Part shown: one piece after another, positions 25,391-37,662 of the stretch | How the letters are laid out: the number at the start of each line of letters is the position of its first letter | Numbering within the stretch: the first letter of the stretch is position 1 | NCBI GenBank assembly: GCA_013239625.1 | Contig: MU054391.1 | Span: 9,581,095 to 9,645,094, forward strand | DNA length: 64,000 nucleotides | Reading direction: 5' to 3' | Source: Lama guanicoe | Lineage: Eukaryota | Program-made: the position numbers and the translations under genes | The notes under the pieces: generated by a model | Database searches by the model: none | What the model saw: the letters and a program-made list of their open reading frames with translations, nothing else | Told to the model about the DNA's origin: nothing

Positions 25391-26409
25391 TTTGAAAAAA
25401 TCAGAAAGACCAAAGTTACCACAAATAAACATGCACCTCCTACCAGAGTTAACAAATGTGTTAACATCCCTCTTGAGTGTTTCACACTTTCAGAAATGTC
25501 ACATCTCTCTCTCTTTTTTCACTTTCAAGAAATAAAGCGTGCCAGATTACATTAATTATCTGAACTCTTATCTTCACATAAGTGGATTATTAAAATAAAA
25601 ATCTGTACTGGATTTGTCATTTAAAAAAAAATAACACATTCCAGTCAAGATGGAGCCATGAACTATGTTTCAATATGTTCACCATGCTCCAAAATCCTGA
25701 AAATAAAAGGAAAAAAGGGTCAAAAGACACTCAAGTTTAGAGTTCAACATTTGGAGGCTCAGAGTTCAGATGCTCGCAAGGGCTGCCAGATGCTCCTTTG
25801 CAGGTAAGACTATGAATCGAAAAGATTCCCCATAAGGTGGAGAGGCTTCAGCCTGGCTCACTACCTGGGGCTATCTATTTATATTTATTTATATAAAGTA
25901 GTGGGCCTAGGGAGAAAGAGAACAAAAGTCAGAGCCCAAAGGAACTGGGCCAAATCCCTCATTGGTTCCAGGTCTCACGTCCTCACTGGTACAAGCGGGA
26001 GGGAGTCCAAAGTGAAAAGTTAATAAAGGATGTGGTTCTGGACTGAAGTACCAAGGGATAAGACTGAAGGAAATCCCAAACTCCAGAATCCTTAAGTAGG
26101 GTCTGGGGAAATGAAAATTAAATGAATTGGATGGCTCACAATGAGCTTGCAAACCAAAATTCCAAAACATCTGGGAAAAAGAAATTATTAAGATAATAAC
26201 TGTAACAAAAACCTACTTCAGATGAAATCATTTTAAACTTCAAAATATTAATTTGTGTCTGTGCATTCTAAATATAAGATTTAAAATCCTTTAAGAAGGA
26301 GCAAGATATCACATAAAAGAAAAAAACAAATATAATCCTATTGAGTTAATGTGTGTGTGTGTGATATGAGGTAAAGGTCTAAGTCCATCTTTCTGTATGT
26401 GGATATTCT

Positions 26410-26804
26410 TCAACCCTGTACTTACCTAATATAAAAAGTGGCTCATTATGACTTATTTACCAATAAATATAAAGGCTAAAACTATAGAATTCTTAGGAAA
26501 AAGCACAGGAGTAAATCTTCACAACCTTAAATTAGGCCCAGATTTCTCAGATACAATAGCAAAAGCACAAGCAATAAAAGAAAATATTAATAAACTGGAC
26601 TGTCAAAAACATTAAAGGTTTTTGCACTTCAAAAGTCACCATTAAGAAAGTAAAACGTCAACTCACACGATGAGAAAAAAATATTTTCAAATCATACATC
26701 CAGTAACAACTTGTATCCAGAGTTTAAAAACAATAATGACAACAACAACAACAAAACTCTTACAGCTCAAGAAGATGACAAATCATGCAGTTAAAACACA
26801 GGGA
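26410..26804 (+). mobile_element. Old L1M ORF2 fragment, left part, interrupted by the young L1
   Basis: Degenerate L1 ORF2 text (aaaactatagaattcttagg...aaaagcacaagcaataaaag...attaataaactggac). Confidence 0.75.
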
Positions 26805-28669
26805 CGGTGAAAAACTCAAAAGCTTCCCACTGAAATCTGAGACAAGACAAGGCTGCCCACTATCACCACTCCTATTCAACACAGTCTTGGAAGTCCTAGC
26901 CACAGCAATCAGGCAAGAGAAAGAAATAAAAGGGATCCAAATTGGAAAAGAAGAGGTAAAAGTGCCACTATATGCCGATGACATGTTACTATATATAGAA
27001 AACCCCAAAAGGTCCACACAAAAACTACTAGAGCTGATCGAAGAATTCAGCAAGGTAGCAGGTTACAAGATTAACGTTCAAAAATCAGTTGCATTTCTTT
27101 AAGCTAATGATGAATCAACAGAAAAAGAAAGAAACAATCCCCTTTAAAATAGCACCCAAAGTAATAAAATACCTAGGAATAAATCTAACCAAGGAGGTGA
27201 AAGACTTATACACGGAAAACTATAAAACACTGATGAAGGAAATTAAAGAAGACTTTAAAAAATGGAAAGATATCCCATGCTCTTGGATTGGAAGAATCAA
27301 TATTGTTAAAATGGTCACACTGCCCAAGGCAATCTACAGATTTAATGCAATCCCTATCAAATTACCCAGGACATATTTCACAGAACTAGAACAAATCATA
27401 ATAAAATTTATATGGAACCATCAAAGACCTAGAATTGCCAAAGCATTACTGAAGAGAAAGAAAGAGGCTGGAGGAATAACTCTCCCAGACTTCAGACAAT
27501 ACTATAGAGCTACAGTCATCAAGACAGCATGGTATTGGTACCAAAACAGACATATAGACCAATGGAACAGAATAGAGAGCCCAGAAATGAACCCACAAAC
27601 TTTTGGTCAACTCATCTTCGACAAAGGAGGCAAGAATATACAATGGAATAAAGACAGTCTCTTCAGCAAATGGTGTTGGGAAAACTGGACAGCAGCATGT
27701 AAAACAATGAAGCTAGAACACACCCTTACACCATATACAAAAATCAACTCAAAATGGATTAAAGACTTAAACATAAGACAAGATACAATAAACCTCCTAG
27801 AGGAAAACATAGGCAAAACATTATCTGACATACATTTCAAAAATTTTCTCCTAGAAGAAATAAAAGCAAGAATAAACAAATGGGACCTAATGAAACTTAC
27901 AAGCTTCTGCAGAGCAAAGGAAACCAGAAATAAAACAAGAAGAAAACCTACGGAATGGGAGAAAATTTTTGCAAGTGAAACCGACAAAGGCTTGATCTCC
28001 AAAATATATAAGCAGCTCATACGACTCAATAAGAAAAAAATAAACAACCCAATCCAAAAATGGGCAGAAGACCTAAACAAGCAACTCTCCAAGGAAGACA
28101 TACAAATGATCAAAAAGCACATGAAAAAATGTTCAATATCACTAATTATCAGAGAAATGCAAATCAAAACTACAATGAGGTATCACCTCACACCAGTCAG
28201 AATGGCCGTCATTCAAAAATCCAAAAATGACAAATGCTGGAGAGGCTGTGGAGAAAGGGGAACCCTCCTACACTGCTGGTGGGAATGCAGTTTGGTGCAG
28301 TCACTTTGGAAAACAGTGTGGCGATTCCTCAAAAGACTAAGAATAGACTTACCATGTGACCCAAAAATCCCACTCCTGGGCATGTATCCAGAAGGAACCC
28401 TACTTCAGGATGACACCTACACTCCAATGTTCATAGCAGCACTATTCACAATAGCCAAAACATGGAGACAGCCTAAATGTCCATCAACAGGTGACTGGAT
28501 AAAGAAGATGTGGTATATTTATACAATGGAATACTACTCAGCCATAAAAACCGACAACATAACGCCATTTGCAGCAACATTGATGCTCCTGGAGAATGTC
28601 ATTCTAAGTGAAGTAAGCCAGAAAGAGAAAGAAAAATACCATATGAGATCGCTCATATGTGGAATCTAA
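26805..28669 (+). pseudogene. Disrupted L1 ORF2 fragment (reverse transcriptase to C-terminus)
   Basis: Two ORF-track segments in different frames (26785..27102 and 27089..28669); premature TAA at 27100-27102 and a small frameshifting deletion near 27130; no endonuclease domain or ORF1. Confidence 0.9.
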
Positions 28670-28999
28670 AAAATAAAAACAAAAACAAGCAAACAAACAA
28701 ACAAAAACAAAGCATAAATACAGGACAGAAATAGACTCATAGACAGAGAATACAGACTTGTGGTTGCCAGGCGGGAGGAGGGTGGGAAAGGATAGACTGG
28801 GATTTCAAAATTGTAGAATAGATAAACAAGATTATACTTCATAGCACAGGGAAATATACACAAAATGTTATGGTAGCTCACAGAGAAAAAACTGTGACAA
28901 GGAGTGTGTATATGTCCATGTATGACTGAAAAATTGTGCTGAACACTGGAATTTGACACAACATTGTAAAATGCTTATAAATCAATAAAAAATGTTAAA
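26805..28999 (+). mobile_element. Young 5'-truncated LINE-1 (ORF2 RT to C-terminus, 3'UTR, polyA), antisense to NBAS
   Basis: ORF2 peptides [14 protein letters not shown] (26971-26982) and [24 protein letters not shown] at 28984; A-tail; target-site duplication aaaacacaggga (26793-26804) / aaaaaacaggga (29000-29011) at a TT|AAAA endonuclease site. Confidence 0.95.
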
Positions 29000-29011
29000 A
29001 AAAAACAGGGA

Positions 29012-29420
29012 AAATATTTATAGCCATTTCACAAAAGAAGGTATAGAAATGGCCAATAAGCACATGAAATGATATTCATCTTTAGTTGTTTGGAAATGCA
29101 CACCAAAATGCTAATGAGACACTGCACACATCCATGAGAACAGCTTTAATCAAAAAGCCAGTCAAGAACAAATGTCAGCAAGGATGTGAGGAAACTGGAA
29201 CCTTAATACTTCCTGGGCGGGAAAATAAAATGGCACATCTAGTTTGGAAAACAATTTGGCAGTTTCTTCATACAAAGTGGCAGCTCTACCCCTGGATACG
29301 TATAGAAATCAAAGCATAGCTCCATACAAAGACTTGTACACCAGTGTTCATGGTAACATCACTCAAGATAGCGAAAAAGTGGAAACACCCTAAATCCATC
29401 GGCTGGTGAATGGGAAAAGG
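29012..29420 (+). mobile_element. Old L1M ORF2 fragment, right part, continuing 26410-26804
   Basis: Resumes with catttcacaaaagaag...atggccaataagcacatgaaa, the sequence expected next in ORF2. Confidence 0.75.
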
Positions 29421-30769
29421 AAGGGCTGTCCATGGTACTGAAACACACCGGTCGCTCTGCTAGCTTTTATTTCAATATTTCTAAATAATCCTTTTATAAA
29501 TTCGAAATAGCTCTCTGCTCAGCCCATGTCCCATTTTTAAACATTAATTAGTCCAGTTGTATAAATCTGTAGCCACTTAAAATGTTCATAACAAGATTTC
29601 CCACAGTGAAAAAGATTTTTTAATGGAAAACTTGTATATAATCCATTTCCAACTCTAATTAGATTTATCTGGGGAAAACACCATGGGCTAAGTAATATAA
29701 TACTAGCTAAACAAAATGTTAATATACTCTAAGTGGTGGAATACTGTTACATCTAAAAAGCATAATAAGCAACATTAATAAGAAACTGGAAATCTGTAAT
29801 TTTGGTAGTTATTCACAAATTATGCATTTTGTTCTATTTAAAAACAAATATCTCGTTCACAGGGACAACAGCCAATATCTTCAAACTTGGAGGCTCCATT
29901 TGTATCAAAGCAAATGCTACCACACAGCAATTGCATCTTTACTTTCTTGGATATATAAGTAAAAATCATTATTTTCACAACCGAGTAATGAAAGTCTTGG
30001 CCATTAAGCAGATTATATATACAGTCAGCTCTCATATGACTTAAAATTTAATACTGTTATTATATCTACTGTTAATGTACAACACGTGGCATCTTATAGC
30101 TAAACAGTATATTTTAATCTAATAATAGTAGCTGTAATATTCTGAAATGTGCTTCATGACTCAAAGCCATAATGTGTTCAGTGAGGGTTTGGATTAACAC
30201 TTCATGAGTCTAGATCCATTACAGCTTGTTGAAAGAGGACAAAGGAAGACAAGAAAGCTTTTAAGGTGCTTAAAAAAGAAAAAAGAGACAATCATTTTGG
30301 AAGAACTCCTTTTCCTTGCTAAGTGGATCCTGTGAAGGGCTGCTGGCGGTCTCCCTCGTTTACTGAAGAGATTTTAACGGAGCAGTATGTGCCCACCTGT
30401 GGTAACACAGCATGTCCTGCTCCAAAGAGGCCACTAACAGGCCAGGCTGACACTTCCTAATTCATCACAGAAGCAAAAAATAGGAAACCCAGAAGCCACA
30501 AAAGGCTTTTTACGGATTTTATAAAGAAGGATGGGGATTCAGATAAGCTTATGGAACTGAACTCAGAAGAAACACGTTGCAATCCTATGTGGAACAGAGA
30601 AACGATACTCCCCTCACACCGGCCAAAACTTAACAAGACTTCAACAGAAACCAGAGCACACATGTGAGCTAAAACTGGACATTCCTTATACTTTTAGGCT
30701 AAAATCCAGTTTCTTATTCGTCTTAATCACATACTAATCTTTTTGCAATAGGAGTTTCCAGCTTAGCTT

Positions 30770-31150
30770 TACTACATTTATTAGACATTCTCTCTGTGAC
30801 AAGCACTGTGTGGAAAGGGTACAAAAATAAATGACGTGCTTCCAGTTGCCACACCATACACGTGCTGCTACAATGATGTAAGATGCTTTGGGGGATACAG
30901 AAGAGGGAACAATGAGGACTCAAGGAAAACGTTATAAAGAAAATGATACTTTAGATGGGCTCAAGGGGTCAGAAAGAAGATCAGAGCACAAGACAAGAAG
31001 GGCAGCGCAGACAGAGAGAACTCCAACACCAAAGGTGTGAAAGAGCCTACTCAGAGAATGGTTAAGTTCAAGGTAACTGGAACACAGCACATGTTTAGAA
31101 GTCAGGAAAAGAGATGAGGCCGGAGAGACAGTGGAGGATGTTGCTGGACA
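30770..31150 (-). mobile_element. LINE-2 fragment
   Basis: catttattagacattctctctgtgacaagcactgtg followed by purine-rich L2 body. Confidence 0.5.
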
Positions 31151-31560
31151 AGTGGAGAAGAATCAGAGAGGCTCAAAAGATATAAAAATTGGGATAAAAA
31201 TCTCATGAAAATCAGGTCTTCAACTAGACCTTGAAAAATGGTAAAATCTGCCAACTCCTAATAACTCAGAACATTTGGTAACTGCTGGCCAATATAAGAA
31301 GTGTTCTGAATCTCACGGAGAAAAGACTAGAGAATTTAACGTGATTTCACATCCAGTAAGGGAAAACCAAACAGTGACTAATCAGTATAGACAAGTCAAA
31401 ACATGCCAAAGGACAGAACTCATCCACACCACTCCAGGCCCCTGGAAAATGCAACGACTTCAGTTCCAAGGGAGATTAACAACAATAACAAAAAAAAAGG
31501 TCCACCGTCCCCAGTGCTGATGGTAGAACACAACCCTTCGATGATTATCGCTCTTCTAGA

Positions 31561-31768
31561 ACCACAGTGTGCAATCTGGTACCCAGTGGACTCGTGTCGC
31601 TCTTAAAATTAATTTAATTAAAATTAAACAAAATTTAAAATTTGATTCCTTAGTTGCCCTATTCCCATTTCAAGAACTCAACAGCTGCACGTAACTAGTG
31701 GTTACCATGTGGACAGTGGAGGCAGGATATTTCCCTCACGGTAGAAAGTTCTACTCATCAGTGCTTTC
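31561..31768. mobile_element. hAT-Charlie MER3-like element
   Basis: aaattaatttaattaaaattaaa...catttcaagaactcaacagc...ctagtggttacc...gtagaaagttcta, flanked by tctaga-like Charlie target sites. Confidence 0.65.
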
Positions 31769-32084
31769 CTAGAGTCACCATTACAGGAAGAACAGGAGAA
31801 AAATCCTTACGGGCAGAAAGTCACATTACAAATTTCTATTTTCCTCAGGTCACTTAGCACTGACTTTGGGATACACATGTGTATTCAATGTATGTTTGTC
31901 AAACTGAATTTTAATATAAAAGAAGTAATCATGGAAATGAGGTGATGGTACATGTTCCACTGAGGCCAAAAGCTAAATATTCTTGCCCTAACTCTATCAA
32001 CAGATTCCACAACTGAAGCTTTGTATCAGAGTTCTGAAAGTAACCACATAGTATACAACTACAAGTGAGTTAAATACAACCAAT

Positions 32085-32585
32085 TTATAAAGTGGTATAT
32101 ATACATACACAGTGAATACTACTCACTCACAAAAACAGAATGAAATTTTACCACTTGTAACAACATGGGTGGGCTTGGAGGGTATTATGTTCAGTGAAAT
32201 AAGTCAGACAAAAAAGGACAAATATTGTATGATATCACTTTTTTGTGGAATCTAAAACATACACGGGTGAATATAACAAAAAGGAGACAGGCTTACATAT
32301 GCAGAGAACAAACCAGTGGTTACCAGCGGGGAGAGAAAAGAAGGGAGGGGGAAAGGTAGAGTTAGAGAATTAAGAGGTACAGGCTATTAGGCATAAAATA
32401 AATAAGCTACAAGGATATACTGTACAACACAAGGAACATAGCCAACATTTTATAATAACTGTAAATAGAGTATAACCTTTAAAAATTGTGAATCACCATG
32501 TCATGTACCTGTAACTTATATAAAATTGTACATCAACTATATCTCTATAAAAATAAATAAATAAATATTAAAAATAAATAAAATC
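32085..32585 (+). mobile_element. L1 ORF2 end and 3'UTR with (TAAA)n tail
   Basis: ttggagggtattatgttcagtgaaataagtcagac...gtggaatctaaaa...agtggttaccagcggggagag...tacatcaactata then aaataaataaata. Confidence 0.85.
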
Positions 32586-33029
32586 AGCGTATGGAAATAT
32601 AAAGCGACAAAAAAAACCAAAAAACAAAAAAAAAGGAGATTAGGTGTAACTCACTTATCACACAGATGTCTTCTAAAATAGTTACTGGAAAAATGAATGA
32701 CATTTTATACTTTGAAAGTGAAGTTTACCATTTAAGAAATCCTGTGGAAACCAACCCATAAAGAGGATTAGCATCTCTTAACTTATCTAGTTAGAATATT
32801 AGAAAGAGTCAACTGTCTTTGACCTAAAAAAAAAAAAGCCAATTCTATGTTGCTAGAAACAGTCATCAAAAGTTAAATCCACAGAACAAAGGCTGACCAA
32901 GAGAAGACAGGGGTCTTGAGTATATCCTTACTCTTTCCTCTCCCAGGATGAATTCTCCTGAGACACATACATTCTTAATGGGTCCAGACAATTTTTATTC
33001 ATAAGAATTTGAATGAAGAAAGGGAAAAG

Positions 33030-33910
33030 GATTAAAATTCAATGGGAAATGGGCAAGAGAATTGAATAGGAACCTCACAAAAGAGGCTCTCTCCTGAGAT
33101 AAGTCCATCTCATTAGTAATCAAAAAATGCAAATCAAAATCACAAATAGATATCACTTAACACTTAAGAGAATAGGTAAAATTTAGAAACCCATCCATGC
33201 CAAGGTGCTGGGTTGGAGGAAGCCGCAATGCCAAACACTGCCGGTGAGAGGGCCATGGGTAAAACCACTTCAGAAGATCATCTGGGATTATGGACTGAGG
33301 TTGAACATAGACAGATATCTGATCACACACACTTCCGGGGCTAGGTAAGGAGATGCCCAGAGAGAAAGGTCTGCACAGGTGCGCAAGAGACGTCCAGAAT
33401 GACGAAGCAGCACTATTTTTAGCGGCCAGAACTGAAAACAAATCAAAGTCAATCAACATTAGAAAGGATAAACTGTAATAATATACACACAGCAATTACT
33501 TTCTATACAGCAGTAGCAATGACTTAACTACATGTAACAGCATGGATGAATCTCACAAACATAACATGAAGTATAACTACTCCTATAAAGTACAAAAACA
33601 GGTAAAATTAAACCATCACACAGGGAGGGGTGGGACAGGTTTTTAAATTACTTTGAAACAAGAACAAAAAACACAAGGATCTAGTTATGAAGACTTGTCA
33701 GGAACTCTGGAGGGAGAGAGAAGAGTTGGCAGTTAAACTGGTAGAAGGTGTGAGGGCGCTTGTGGAAGGCTTGCCGTGCACCGCTTCCTCATCTGCGTGA
33801 TGGTTTCACGGATGCACTCCTGATCACACTTGATTGAGCTGGACATTTTTGCTTTTTGTATTGTTCTCCATGAATATTATATATTCATATATTTCATATA
33901 CAAAAAAGTT
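33030..33910 (+). mobile_element. Old L1ME-like ORF2 end and 3'UTR
   Basis: aaatgggcaagagaattgaatagg...atgcaaatcaaaatcac...catggatgaatctcacaaacata. Confidence 0.6.
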
Positions 33911-34018
33911 TAAAAGAAAGACAATCTCCCCCCCCACCCCCACACACGGTCAGGCTACTCAGCTCCCGTCCATCCACAACCACCTTTTAAACTCCCCTTC
34001 CCTCTCACCCTCACTCAC

Positions 34019-34108
34019 CTCTTGGAGCGCTTTACTGACCAACGGTGAGACACTGATGCTCGCCCCTCCTTCTGGATGGATCTGGAAATTCACTCTTTGA
34101 TAAAGAAT
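34019..34108 (-). CDS. NBAS: NBAS exon ~35 (90 nt): ILYQRVNFQIHPEGGASISVSPLVSKALQE
   Basis: Acceptor ttttcag|ATT, donor GAG|gtgagt; phase 0 to 0. Confidence 0.94.
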
Positions 34109-34884
34109 CTGAAAAAAAGGACACAATATATTATAAAGAAATTGTCTTTAAATTTGCCTTACTTTACAATTTAGGCTTGAAACTTAAAAAGTACTCTTGA
34201 GGGAAAAAAAACCAAAAGCACTATTTCCCAATGAATACTTTCTGGTAACTGGCTTACATCAGGGCTTCGTGAACACCTTCACAAGGACACAACAGCAGGT
34301 TCAGAAGTGAGATTCAACTGTGAAAAACCTGACATACAATGTAATGAATGACTGTAAGATGAAAACGTGAATTCCAGAATCTCTTTATTTACCAGAGTAC
34401 ATATTTAACAGTGTTCCTCGACCAGAGCACTATCCTCCCTGAAACAGATCTATCCTGTGAATTTTAGGAAATTCCGCTTCTCTCCAACCAAAGCCCACAT
34501 CCTGCTGTTTCCAAAGAGCTTCAAAGGGGATGGTGCCACCACTGATTTTAACTCATATGGTTTCAAATATATTGTAAAGGACCATTTCTTCTTATATATT
34601 TTATTCTTGACAACACTAACTTTCTTCATTATATTTGATAATTTATTTCCTAACACTACCTTCTTTTTTCTCATACCTGCATCCTTTCTTCTTTACTGTA
34701 ATAAAGCCAACAATACTAATTTATATCCTAGTATCTTCAAATCCCTTTTCATATGAGTGATATTTTTCTTCCATAAATTAAAATTTTCATATTATTGGGA
34801 AAAAATGATCACAAATCTCAGATCCGCAGACCCAATAAAATATACTTCACACAGGTCAGGACTGACTCTATTGGAAGCACTTAC

Positions 34885-35042
34885 TTCTGTCTGCAGAGAG
34901 CTGCTAGCAGCCAGGAGAAGCTGGATGCTGCCAGGAGGGCAATGTGTCAATGCAAATGCCATGAGCTCCTGGCGCGCGGCCAAGTCCTGGTAGCCTTCTG
35001 CCTGTCCTAACTGGCTACAGACATCCCAACTTTTAGAATAAC
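34885..35042 (-). CDS. NBAS: NBAS exon ~34 (158 nt): GYSKSWDVCSQLGQAEGYQDLAARQELMAFALTHCPPGSIQLLLAASSSLQTE
   Basis: Acceptor ttccag|GT, donor GAA|gtaagt; phase 1 to 0. Confidence 0.96.
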
Positions 35043-35435
35043 CTGGAAAATGGGCAGGAAAAAAACAAGCTGATTTTCATTCAAAAAAGAAAAATCTTAA
35101 TTTTACATAAGAAACGTAATGGCTTTTTGCTTAGGTCTTATGTTCCCAAAGCAAAGTCAATCATTAGTGACAACACATTACTATATAAGCAGAGACACTA
35201 AGGATGTAAAATAGAAAAGAAAGGTTAGGTGAATTATCCAGAAAGTTCAGCACTGCTCCAGACAAGTTTTTCTGATAAACTATGTTAAATTTTAGATTAC
35301 CTGATAATGACTATAAATAATCTACCTAGTTTTGATATTGAGTAAAAAAACTGGCTATCTGAATTCACAAAGGCTTGAGGGTATGGCCCAGACACTTGTG
35401 TGAGCTTGAGAAAGTTCCAAGTATCACACTTCCTT

Positions 35436-35487
35436 TACTACTACTACTACTACTACTACTACTAGTAATAGTAATAATAATAATAAT
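35436..35487. repeat. Compound (CTA)n/(TAA)n trinucleotide repeat
   Basis: tactactactac...tagtaatagtaataataataataat. Confidence 0.9.
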
Positions 35488-36004
35488 ATCATCTCCCTCA
35501 TTGGGTTGTTAAAAGAATTAAAAACAATCTGTATTTAAAAGCACTTTATAAACTGCAAAGTGCCAGAAAAAGAGAAATTATCATAGACAGCTGCACAGAA
35601 TCATTCATGTTATAGATGAAGACAGATCCAAGGTCAGTGCCAAAAATACAGTCAGCCCCTGGCTCCCAGCAGAGAGCTTTTTCCAACACAAGCTCATACT
35701 CTGAATTCTTAAATTGTACTTCTATTCTTCTTTGAAAGAGTTCTGGTTAGAAAGTAGGATTTTTTCCCAAGTACAAAGACCTCAGCCCGATGTAAGGTAC
35801 CATCCTTACAAGAATAAAATTATTACAAAGCTGTCCAAATAAATGATAAAAAGTTAAGACAACAATGATTTTCCATAATACCATAATTACTCTGAGCTTA
35901 ATGTTGCAAAATCACTAGGTTAATATTACAGAACACGGTTTCTTCATGAATTGAATGTTCTAAAATTGAGGTTATAAAGCACTGAGCTTTTTCCCAGAAT
36001 TTTT

Positions 36005-36375
36005 CACATTCTCCTTGACCAAAGTGTAGCCAGGCTTCTCTGAGCCTTCTTCTCAACGAGGCCTGTTCTGTGGTCCAGTCCTTGCTGAGCCTGTAGTTTC
36101 ACCAAGTCAGTTGAGAGAAAACCTCTCACCCCTGATACCTGGTCGCCCGGGCCTGCCATTAGCAAGAACCGCACTCAGTCAGTGTAGTGAGAATCCCCCA
36201 CCCTTGACGTCCCTTCACTAGTTTTTCAGCCAGTGGCCCCATGACTCTGCTCCTCAGCTATAAATGTCTTCTCTGTCTTTGGAGTTGAGCCTGATCTCTC
36301 TCCTCTATTGCAGAAATCCTGAACAAAGTCTTCCTTACGATTTTTAACGGTGTCAGCGTAATTTTTTCTTTAACA
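36005..36375 (+). mobile_element. Solo ERV1 LTR, MER31-like
   Basis: ctccttgaccaaa...ggcttctctgagcc...gagaatcccccacccttga...gctataaat (TATA)...ggagttgagcc...aattttttctttaaca. Confidence 0.75.
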
Positions 36376-37128
36376 GTATTCATACAGAAAGTATACAAAT
36401 CGTTAAGTGCACAACTCCAGGAGTTACCATGAACTGAAGCCCTGCATTTGTAACCACCCACCAGGAGTGCACAGACAGCGGGGAAAAAGATGTGCCTGAG
36501 CATTCAGATAATCAGGCACAGCTACAAAAGGCAGATCATTTAGTACAGAGCCTATGATACGACACCACCACTTCCTACCCCTCTGGGGAAGGTGTTCTTT
36601 AACAGAAAAATTACTCCACAACAAAACCTGCTTATCCTCCAGAAACTTGAATTATAATTTCAATATGGAAAATTTGAGGCCTGTAAACTATTTCTGTTTC
36701 TCAACATTAATTTGAAAAGCACTATGTTATCTTCAAAAAAGAAAAAAGAATAGAAATATTGACAATTTATAGTCACAAATTGTAGCTGCTTCAAAAATCT
36801 TAAATTTTCTTTCATATACCAAATACATAAAACGATGTTAAAATATTTTACATAAAATTGTTACTATGATTGTAAGTGTTTTTAATATGGAATGGAAAGC
36901 AACCAAAATCTCAGATAAAATATAACCTTTGAGCCCATTAAAGTATTCACATTAATATACAGGCATATGGAATACATGCTTATCAGGGCTCCCAAAATAT
37001 TTCTAAAGACTTAGGAACACAATGTGGCTGGCTTACCAATTAGGCCAACTGATTTCAAAACAGAACTTTTCCATTATTCATTATGTAAAGAGGACATGAG
37101 CAAAGTGTTAAGTGAGTGTCTACTTCAC

Positions 37129-37242
37129 CTGTGGCCATCAGCTCCTGACAATGCACACTGGCAGCTTTGTAGTCATGGAAACGAAGGGCCTGCTCTACTA
37201 GAAGGATTAGAACCTGTCCACGTCTTTCCTCTGGATCTTCCC
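37129..37242 (-). CDS. NBAS: NBAS exon ~33 (114 nt): GEDPEERRGQVLILLVEQALRFHDYKAASVHCQELMAT
   Basis: Acceptor tttacag|GG, donor CAG|gtgaag; phase 1 to 1; inside ORF 37055..37279. Confidence 0.96.
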
Positions 37243-37662
37243 CTGTAAACACATGCAAATTACTTACTGATTCGGGCAACCATCAACTGACAGAAGAGGT
37301 CCTTAACAAATCTTCCCAATAAATTCAAAAATAAAAAATAGAGAGTAGATTGATTTTTAAAAGATTATACAACAGCACCTTAGACTTCCCAATCTATTTA
37401 TTAATCATGGAATTGGCTTTCAGTTTCCTAAGTGATCAATGATTAGTATCAGCACCAGACCAGCCATTCTGGCCTAAGTGGGTAGAAGAAAGGCTTTCCT
37501 CCCCAGTAGGTACTTTCAACATTTTTCCTATTTTTAAAAATATTTTACCCTTTGAATGTTCTAATTATAATTAATAAATGACAAATATGAGGGGGGAAAA
37601 CTTAAATGCAAAGTAAAACGGATTTAAATTTTATAGTTTCAATGTGATAAAGTTACTTCATC

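Noticed and set aside
27607..28167. 186-aa hydrophobic minus-strand ORF
   Set aside because: It is the antisense frame of A-rich L1 ORF2, a common artefact.
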